Shown: one piece after another, positions 8,447 to 16,100 of the stretch | Layout: each line of letters begins with the position of its first letter | Numbering within the stretch: the stretch's first letter is position 1 | Virus record (IMG/VR): IMGVR_UViG_3300011723_000019 | Location: 2,000-65,999 of that record | Strand: one strand, 5' to 3' | DNA from: a virus | Lineage: Duplodnaviria; Caudoviricetes | DNA: 64,000 nucleotides | The notes under the pieces: model-generated | Told to the model about the DNA's origin: nothing | What the model saw: only the letters and a program-made list of their open reading frames with translations | The model's database searches: none | Program-made: the position numbers and the translations under genes

Positions 8447-8867
8447 AGAAATTAGTAATGGCGCAGGGATTTCTCCTGAAGAAATAAAGCGCGGAACTAT
8501 AGAAAGTATCCGCAAAACAGAAGATGGTTCATTTGTCTATCACTTTTATAGATTGCCCGGCTTTTGCACTATTTTAGGATTCGATGATAAGCTGATTGGC
8601 TGGCATGCGGACAATGACTCCCCTGCTTACATTGATTTTAAAAAAGAGTTCTTAATCAATTTAGATATCGAAGCATTGAAAGTATTCGGCAAGAACAAAG
8701 AAAAAGATTTGGATATCGTGTTTGACGGAGCATCGTACATTGACTTAAATTTGATAAATCCACCGCATCGAGCCCCTATCGTATTAGTAATGTTATATAG
8801 CGAGGATGCTAAAATGATCGCTAGAAAGCTTGGCTATCCAGTTATTAATCATGCACAATTGACATAA
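8433..8867 (+). CDS. Hypothetical protein (144 aa)
   Basis: Overlaps neighbours in an operon. Confidence 0.75.
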   Translation: MRIHEEISNGAGISPEEIKRGTIESIRKTEDGSFVYHFYRLPGFCTILGFDDKLIGWHADNDSPAYIDFKKEFLINLDIEALKVFGKNKEKDLDIVFDGASYIDLNLINPPHRAPIVLVMLYSEDAKMIARKLGYPVINHAQLT

Positions 8868-9082
8868 TGAGAACAATTAACCCGAAAACGGAAGAATATA
8901 AGCAATGCTTAATTTCTTTGATTGAATTTGGCTTCACAGAGCCATTAAGAAAGATTAGATCATTTCCTGATCAACCAATTCAAATAATCAATGAAGGGGA
9001 AAGTCTGGAAATAAAAAATCATCCTTTGAATTTTGTAAAATACAATAGTGATAATGGTTTTGTATTGTTTCCCATGCCATGA
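8867..9082 (+). CDS. Hypothetical protein (71 aa)
   Basis: TAATG stop-start overlap. Confidence 0.7.
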   Translation: MRTINPKTEEYKQCLISLIEFGFTEPLRKIRSFPDQPIQIINEGESLEIKNHPLNFVKYNSDNGFVLFPMP

Positions 9083-9360
9083 ATAGCCGAGATATAGATT
9101 TTGACAAATGCAAATGGTATGCCGGTGGTTGTATCATTGAGCAAGGCACTGATAATTATCGTTTCTTCTTGGAATTACTTATCAAGAATAGGCATATAGA
9201 GACCTTACAGGAGATTCGCGATCGAGGGTACCCCGAAATCCATCTTATTCTAAATGCTGCTTCTTACTTGAGATATAGGGCGGACAACGAAGAAAAGAAA
9301 GTATTCGGGTTACCAACAAGCAATTATATTAGCGATAATATTAAGAAATTGACAGATTGA
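9079..9360 (+). CDS. Hypothetical protein (93 aa)
   Basis: ATGA overlap with the previous gene. Confidence 0.7.
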   Translation: MNSRDIDFDKCKWYAGGCIIEQGTDNYRFFLELLIKNRHIETLQEIRDRGYPEIHLILNAASYLRYRADNEEKKVFGLPTSNYISDNIKKLTD

Positions 9361-9391
9361 ATTTTCCAACATCATAACGCGTGTGACGCTT

Positions 9392-9425
9392 ATAGGGTGT
9401 CGTGAAATACGATCCCCTATTTTTT
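9392..9425 (+). terminator. Intrinsic terminator
   Basis: ATAGGG..GTCGT-GAAAT-ACGAT..CCCTAT followed by a T-run. Confidence 0.6.
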
Positions 9426-9438
9426 AAAATGTTAATAT

Positions 9439-9461
9439 CTAAACTTTATGTAAAGGTTTAG
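9439..9461. promoter_or_regulatory. Quasi-palindromic operator copy 1, CTAAACTTTA-N3-AAAGGTTTAG
   Basis: 20/23 identical to 13070-13092; lies between a terminator and an operon start. Confidence 0.65.
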
Positions 9462-9515
9462 ATATTGTATTATACTATATTATAATATAAGATATTATGT
9501 ATTTACCTTAGCTAT

Positions 9516-9782
9516 ATGGAACAGAAGTTTTATAGCACCAAAGAAGCCAGTCGCATGCTTAACATTGAGCGCACGACGCTTTACGCATGGAGGAACAAAG
9601 GTAAAATCAAAATGGAGAAGTTTGACAGTCAATATTACATAAGCGCAGACGAAATCAAGCCTATCTTAGAAGAAAGGATTAAAACCGGCAAAACTCAAAT
9701 CTCAACAGATTTTCCTGCGGTTAGTCATCAGCCTATTTTGATCGAAATGCCACGAAGAAAATATGATTCCGAAACCCGATAG
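9516..9782 (+). CDS. MerR/Xis-type HTH DNA-binding protein
   Basis: FYSTKEASRMLNIERTTLYAWRNKGKI. Confidence 0.8.
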   Translation: MEQKFYSTKEASRMLNIERTTLYAWRNKGKIKMEKFDSQYYISADEIKPILEERIKTGKTQISTDFPAVSHQPILIEMPRRKYDSETR

Positions 9783-9869
9783 GCGTACTAAAAACATCGT
9801 TTAATTTACTTTATTACATTTATCATTTATTTGTTATCGGTTATTGTTATCGGTTTAAGTGAAAAAGCA

Positions 9870-10247
9870 ATGAATAGTGAACTTTTAGAGCTGGTCAAGC
9901 AGCAAGAAAAACAGATCGGGCAATTGAAGAAATTCATTTGGGATATCTCCGTCAATCCCGACTTATTGAAGGATCAACGATTGATGAATATTTTAATAGA
10001 TATTGATTTCAATAACTCGTCCGATCCTACATTAACCGATTATACCATTTCCAAAATAATAGAACTTGAAAAACGCCTTTTTCAGATATGGGAATTATTA
10101 GACCAGTCAAGGCAACTCATTAACCGACCATGGAAAGTTTTGTTTCCCGGCAAAGGGTTTAGGGCCTGTTACAATGCTGCGGTTGATCAGCATGCTTGCG
10201 AATGGGTAGACGATAATGGGAAAGTATTAGAAAGTCAAGAGCAATAG
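9870..10247 (+). CDS. Hypothetical protein
   Basis: In-frame ATG 9870 preferred to TTG 9831. Confidence 0.65.
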   Translation: MNSELLELVKQQEKQIGQLKKFIWDISVNPDLLKDQRLMNILIDIDFNNSSDPTLTDYTISKIIELEKRLFQIWELLDQSRQLINRPWKVLFPGKGFRACYNAAVDQHACEWVDDNGKVLESQEQ

Positions 10248-10251
10248 TGAT

Positions 10252-10920
10252 ATGCAACGAGCAGCAATAGCAGCGACCTTTGTTGACGAGCCGGTGATCA
10301 TTGGCTCCGTACAGCTTACCGATACCGAGGGCAACGAGTATCGGCATGAGTTAGTATTGGAGTCAATATCACTGGGCTGTATGGAGCGTATATGCTTACT
10401 TTTGGATCCAGTATCACCTTTAATCAAGACGTTGGCATCCAGCACCACTGAATTAGACGTTCGGAATGCGTCTATTGAGATTTTGATAAATTCGTTGTAC
10501 CGTCTTTCTAAGGTTATCGCAGCAGCGTGTCAGAACTCCCCAAAGCCTATTGATCCTATAATCGTCGATGCGGTATATACTCAACTCAGCTTGCCGGATA
10601 TCTTAATTGCTCTGAGGGAAATACTGGCTAAGGTTAGTTTTCGGGAGCTATCGGAGCATTTCCAGTTCAAGCATTCAAAAGATGCCACGGCTTACCCGGG
10701 GTCAAACTCTTTTTGGGCTTTATTAGTTAATGCGATGGTATCCTTCAAAGGGTGTAATGAATATGATCTTAAATGGAACATGTCTTATACGAATTTGTTG
10801 ATGTATTGCTCGGTATTGTCCGCTTCGCGCCCCGAAGATTCCGGCGGTGGTAAACCTGAAGAAGGTAAAGAGGTTGATATGTGGGATTTGTTTAACGGAA
10901 TGAGTAAAGAAAGTGATTAA
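10252..10920 (+). CDS. Putative tail assembly chaperone (gpGT-like)
   Basis: Lies upstream of TMP; C-terminal NSFWA...WNMSYTNLLMY resembles gpT-like pieces of Bacteroidota prophages (from memory). Confidence 0.4.
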   Translation: MQRAAIAATFVDEPVIIGSVQLTDTEGNEYRHELVLESISLGCMERICLLLDPVSPLIKTLASSTTELDVRNASIEILINSLYRLSKVIAAACQNSPKPIDPIIVDAVYTQLSLPDILIALREILAKVSFRELSEHFQFKHSKDATAYPGSNSFWALLVNAMVSFKGCNEYDLKWNMSYTNLLMYCSVLSASRPEDSGGGKPEEGKEVDMWDLFNGMSKESD

Positions 10921-10922
10921 CA

Positions 10923-11324
10923 ATGGAATTAGGAAAGATAAATATAAAATCAAAATATAGTGTGATTGAGTGGTTTCGTGTTCGTTTAGGGTGGAGAAAG
11001 AGCATAACGCTTAATCTCCGCCCTTACTCTGGAAAAACTACTCTAGAGATTTGCCAATTGGTAAACGCTGGTATTGTATTGAAAAGCAAAGAGACGAATG
11101 AGTTAATGACAGTCATTGATGGTAATTTGGCAGGATACGTTGATATGGTTGTCACAGCTTGCGCGGTTCCCTCTTACTTAACAAAACAAGTCGCAAGCGG
11201 TATTGTTGAAACCTGGACAGTAGAGCAAATAAAAGATGCGGTAGGCCAAGTTTACCAAAACATTGATTTTCAAAGCGCGTTGGAAATAATGTCTATTATG
11301 GGACAAATACGGTTTGACGATTAA
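10923..11324 (+). CDS. Putative tail assembly chaperone (gpG-like)
   Basis: Helical 133-aa protein with a pattern similar to the N-terminal part of 10252. Confidence 0.35.
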   Translation: MELGKINIKSKYSVIEWFRVRLGWRKSITLNLRPYSGKTTLEICQLVNAGIVLKSKETNELMTVIDGNLAGYVDMVVTACAVPSYLTKQVASGIVETWTVEQIKDAVGQVYQNIDFQSALEIMSIMGQIRFDD

Positions 11325-11335
11325 ACCGCGCCCAT

Positions 11336-11365
11336 AGGGTAGCTATTGTTTGGCTACCCTTTTTT
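11336..11365 (+). terminator. Intrinsic terminator
   Basis: AGGGTAGC-N9-GCTACCCT followed by a T-run. Confidence 0.75.
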
Positions 11366-11408
11366 CTTTCTCCTAACTTTTCCTTAAGTTTGTTTTAAAC
11401 GATTTTTT

Positions 11409-11945
11409 ATGAAAAGATTAATCTATGTGCTGTTTGCTTTTGCATCCATTGGAGCAGTTAAAGCTCAAAAGTTAGATAAAAAGAATATAGAGCCATTTAC
11501 TAACGAATCCGTTACGTCAACTAAATATGAAACGCTTTTTTCTGACAGTAAGTTGTTCTTATCATCCTCTGTTGCATTCAAATTCTCGCGAATTAATAAT
11601 GATGTTTCATTATCAATAAAAGTCATCATCGATGATGGAAAAGATTTTGAAGTCCGTACAGATCAACCCTTTTTCTTGAAGTTTTCTAACGGTGAAGTCA
11701 TCGAGCTATACCCAAGGGAGAATATTTATTCAAGTATCGGAAAAGGTGCTGTAGGTTTGCGCCTGAGCGGCGTTCCTGGAGCAGAGATTGAGTATGATTT
11801 ATCAAAAGAAAATGTCAACACAATACTTAAAAATGACTTAATATCTGCAAGACTTAATAATTCCTACAAAACTTTAGAGAATTTGGATATCAAAAAGAAA
11901 AATTCTCTTTTGTTTAGAAAAGCTATAGAGCTAGTAACTAGGTAG
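11409..11945 (+). CDS. Secreted hypothetical protein (moron-like)
   Basis: Signal peptide MKRLIYVLFAFASIGAVKA-Q. Confidence 0.75.
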   Translation: MKRLIYVLFAFASIGAVKAQKLDKKNIEPFTNESVTSTKYETLFSDSKLFLSSSVAFKFSRINNDVSLSIKVIIDDGKDFEVRTDQPFFLKFSNGEVIELYPRENIYSSIGKGAVGLRLSGVPGAEIEYDLSKENVNTILKNDLISARLNNSYKTLENLDIKKKNSLLFRKAIELVTR

Positions 11946-12025
11946 ATGCGTTAAATACATGTACAGCTGTATAATTTGTTATATTTCAATACGGTTTTCC
12001 CTGTTTTTCGATAAAAAAAATATTA

Positions 12026-12033
12026 TATATTTG
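12026..12033 (+). promoter_or_regulatory. Bacteroidota -7 promoter element TATATTTG
   Basis: Matches TAnnTTTG, 45 nt upstream of the structured leader. Confidence 0.5.
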
Positions 12034-12078
12034 CATCAAATTTATTTGTTATGTGTTGCTGAATTTTGTATATTAGTA

Positions 12079-12249
12079 ATGCCAAACAAAATAAAGTCAG
12101 AAGAGCTTTAAAAATTTCTTCAAAACAGACATATATACCATTACTAGGTATTGGTAAAATATACAGACCTTGCTCTGTCCGTGTGGTTACAATTTCCAGC
12201 CTTGTGCTGACTTTGTTTTGTTTGGCGACCCATACGGCAGGGCTTTTTT
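12079..12249 (+). ncRNA. c4/CI-like antisense RNA leader with a 10-codon uORF (MPNKIKSEEL)
   Basis: 12081-12100 pairs with 12207-12226 (20 bp, one G-U); 12172-12186 pairs with 12230-12243, followed by T6; uORF 12079-12111. Confidence 0.65.
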
Positions 12250-12271
12250 GTTGCCGGATAATTTGTCTAAA

Positions 12272-12562
12272 ATGCCAAACAAAACAACACCAAATGAAGC
12301 GCCAAATTGCGTAAACCTCTCACTAACTCACGACGAAGTTACCCAGCTTCGTGATCTTATCTACAAAGCTCACTGGTATAACAATGAATGCAATTATGAT
12401 AATGACAATGACATTATCTACACGTTAATTGAAGAAAGAGACGCTAATAATCGTGATCAGATCGACGCTGCAATAACGATGCTTAATAAGATAGGTTATC
12501 TTTCCAGTTTCCTAACTGACCTATGGAATCGTCTATTAGAATTAGAAAAGAAATGTGTATAA
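12272..12562 (+). CDS. Hypothetical protein (MPNKTTP..., 96 aa)
   Basis: In-frame ATG 12272 just after the leader terminator. Confidence 0.7.
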   Translation: MPNKTTPNEAPNCVNLSLTHDEVTQLRDLIYKAHWYNNECNYDNDNDIIYTLIEERDANNRDQIDAAITMLNKIGYLSSFLTDLWNRLLELEKKCV

Positions 12563-12615
12563 ACCAAGCATAGACCGGATAGAAAAAATATTAATTAATC
12601 AAAATTGTTATAAAA

Positions 12616-13011
12616 ATGCCAAACAAAACAATTACCCCCAGCAACACTAATAATTTAGATATCGCCATTAAAAATGCAAATGGTAGAAGAACAGTTTACA
12701 TCTTTGATGTGTACGGCGAAAGTATGGATAACGGAAGCATTTATAATGCTATACCGAATGGCTCAACAATTCACTGTACAAAAATACCAAAAGATGATTG
12801 GAATGATCAGTTGCCAAACCTAATTCATTACTCTTGTGTCTTCGTGATGAAAGACGGCGAGATATTTGTTAAATCCCTCCTATCTATTTCTGACAATTCA
12901 GATCGACTCACTTTGCGCAGCTTAAATAAGAACAAATTCTTCTTCCCTGATTTCGATATTGAATTTGATAATATTGAACGGTTGTACGTCGTAGATAAGC
13001 GTGTAATTTAG
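12616..13011 (+). CDS. Stand-alone S24 (LexA/CI/UmuD-type) peptidase domain without a DNA-binding domain
   Basis: VYGESM (catalytic Ser) and FVKSL (catalytic Lys), then LTLRSLN. Confidence 0.75.
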   Translation: MPNKTITPSNTNNLDIAIKNANGRRTVYIFDVYGESMDNGSIYNAIPNGSTIHCTKIPKDDWNDQLPNLIHYSCVFVMKDGEIFVKSLLSISDNSDRLTLRSLNKNKFFFPDFDIEFDNIERLYVVDKRVI

Positions 13012-13032
13012 TATTAATCAGGCTTTTTTGCT

Positions 13033-13064
13033 AAAGGATGCCCTAATTGAGAGCATCCTTTTTT
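13033..13064 (+). terminator. Intrinsic terminator
   Basis: AAAGGATGC-N11-GCATCCTTT followed by a T-run. Confidence 0.75.
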
Positions 13065-13069
13065 ATTTT

Positions 13070-13092
13070 CTAAACTTTAATAAAAGGTTTAG
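13070..13092. promoter_or_regulatory. Quasi-palindromic operator copy 2, upstream of the TMP operon
   Basis: CTAAACTTTA-ATA-AAAGGTTTAG; matches 9439-9461. Confidence 0.65.
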
Positions 13093-13168
13093 GTAATATA
13101 AATCAATATAATGTAATATAGGCTTTTATAAAATTATTTTTACTGATAAATATTGAGCAACAAATATT

Positions 13169-16100
13169 ATGTCAGAAATTAATTACAAAGTCACAGTTGA
13201 TGATAGCGAGGCCAAAAAGAAGCTAAATGATCTTTGGGCATTCTTAAAAAGTGGGGAATCGAAGACGAAAAGTATCATTGATTTCGATAAGACGGAAAAG
13301 GGGTTAAAAAGGGTACTTGATAATCTCGAAAAGGTAAAAAGCAAAACCGCATCCATAGGCGGACTAAACGTTGACGGATCGGGTGATGCAAAAAGGTCAA
13401 CGGGTGCTATCCGTCAATTAAGTGATGAGCAAAAGAAGCTCAAACAAGCCCAATTAGATAATATTGAATCTATTCGCCGCCTACGTGAGGAACGCTCGAA
13501 GGAAATAGGCGAACTAAATCTTTTAAAGCAAATTGAACAAGAGCATAAGGCAACCTTAGCAGAAAAGAAGGCCGCCGCGCAAGATCTGACCCAAACAGAA
13601 AAGGAATTAAATATCCAATATAAACAAGGTCAGATTGAAATGCAGGAGTATAACCGACTGCTTAAAGAACAAGCCGAGGAACGTCGTAAAGCAACTGCAG
13701 CGGAACGAGAAGCAACAAAAGCGGTAAAGGAAGCTGAGAAAGCCCGTAAGGACGCTGAACGTGAAGCTGAAAAAGCCGCTAAAGCTGCAGAAAAGAGAAG
13801 AAAGCAGCTTGAAAAGGAAAGTAGCGAGTATTACCAGCTCAATAAAGCCCTAGGAAGTGTCCGTAAAGAAGCTAAAGATGTCTTGGCCGAAATGTTCAAG
13901 TTGGAGCGCCAGGGGCTTAAGAATAGTGCAGCGTATGAGCTGTTGGAAAACCAGTCAAAAGACCTTGTTGCCCAAACTCAGTACCTAGATAAGGGTATTA
14001 AAAAGATTGACGCAAGCCTTGGTCTTCATCAACGCAATGTCGGAAACTATGCTGCTGCTTTAGATAACATTATTCCAATTGTTGGCCGTGTAAATAGTCA
14101 GCTTGCGATGTTCGGGACATCGATCGATGATATTGCTGGTAAACCAGGGATATTTAAAGAAATTGGAGCCGGTATTACTAGTGCATTCAAAAACTTGGTG
14201 GCGTTTGTCTCTACTCCAATTGGAGCCGCAGTTGCTACCATTGGCGGACTGTTCGCACTATTCCAGGCTAACAAAGATACTGTTATCCAATTTGATGACG
14301 GCCTAAAGAGCGTTAGTAAAACAACAGGATTATCCGGCAAGGCGCTTCAACAGTATTCGGATGACATAATACAGCTTTCGCGAGCTTTGAAAACGGTAGA
14401 ATCAAAGCAACTCCTTGAATATTCACAGGTTGCGGGACAACTAGGAGTTAAAGGCAGGGACAATCTATTAGCATTTTCGGATGCTTTAGCAAAACTTGAA
14501 ACCGCATCAGATATACGCGGAGAGGAAGGCGCGACAAAAATAGCTAGGCTCCTTACCCTTACTGATGGCGGCGTCCAGAATGTTAAAGAATTTGGAGACG
14601 AGATTGTAAACCTTGGTAACAACTTCGCGGCCACCGAATCTGAGATTTTGACGAATGCCGAAGCTATAGGGCAAAACGTTGGTTTATATAAGATCGGCCG
14701 TAAAGACGTACTTGCATACGCTACAGCAACGAAAGCAGTAGGTCTAGAAGCGGAGGTTGTCGGTTCAACTTTCTCACGTACACTCGGACAGTTCGAGAAA
14801 ATGACTAGATCTGGAAAAGGTGTAAATGATTTATTAAAAATTATCGGAGGCACTCAATCTGATTTACAAAAGCGTTTTAAAACTGATGCCAGCGGTGTCT
14901 TCATGGATTACATTCGAGGTTTGAACAAAATTAACCAAGCAGGTGGCTCCGTTAATGAAGCACTGGAACGTACTGGTATTATAGCAGTTCGGGATCAAAG
15001 AGTTATTGCGTCTTTAGCATCAACTGGTTATGACACTTTAACGAATGCGATGAACACCGCCAAGAACGCTAGCGGCGCTATGCAGGCGGAGTTCGAAACA
15101 GGGGCAAGTAAATTGGTTAATCAGATCAAGCGAATCAATATTGCCTGGGATAACTTGGTATTGTCTATAGAAAATGGATCTGGAGCAATTGGAAAAACCT
15201 CAGTCGCAATAATCGGTTATGTAGCTGATATGCTGGAAGCATTCAATAAGATCGCAGACTCTGCAAACATCTTTGAAGGTGTTTTTCGATATATATCAAC
15301 TGGTTTCAAAATGACGGTTCCGGGTCGTGCCGTAGATTGGGCAACTGGCGGTGGATTTGATAAAGTTTCAAATTGGATTTTCCCTAACGACTCTAAAAAG
15401 GCATCAGAAGATAATTCTAAGTTTTTCGCTGAGTTCTCACAAAAGACTAGAGCCGAGCAATTAAAAATGATTGCTAATCAGGAAGCATTGATAAAAAAGC
15501 AAAATTCCCTCAATAAAGCATTTGCTAATCCAGTATTGGAGGAGAATTTAAAGAAAATGAGGAGCCTTTTGAAGACTGATGTTGATACTTCTAAAATTGA
15601 TTTTGGTGTTTCAGATAAAGATAAAAGAAAGTCGGAACGAGCAGCGGAACAGTTGCGCCAAGCCACCGAGCGTCAACGCTCGCTTCAACTAGAAATCGAC
15701 AAGATCAACGAAACGGCATCTAGGAACCAACTTTCCCGTGATGAATCCGAAGTTGCATCTGTAAAGGATAAATATGCGAAAATACGGGAAGAAGTTGACA
15801 AGTTTTATAGAAACCCCAAGAACAAAGGTTTAAAAGTAAATACGTCTGGGCTAGTCGCAAGTGAAAATTTCGAAGTAAGTGAAGCAGAGATTAGACAAAA
15901 TACGAAGGCAACGGAAACTCAGTTTGATGCTCAGAAAAAGTTCTTGGACGAATATAATGCTTATGCGGAACAAACTTCAAAGGCTGCAGCTGACAAGCGG
16001 TATGCAAAAGAGTTAGCTATTTTCAAAGATTATGAGCAAAATGTAAGAGCTACTTACGATAGCTTGGTCACAAAGAAAAAGACAGCAGACCTCGCACAGT

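Noticed and set aside
12081-12249. tRNA gene (GGTTACAATTTCC resembles a T-arm)
   Set aside because: No acceptor or anticodon arm geometry; better explained as a c4-like RNA
13660-13820. EAEKARKDAEREAEKAAKAAEK repeats in TMP
   Set aside because: Ordinary low-complexity coiled coil
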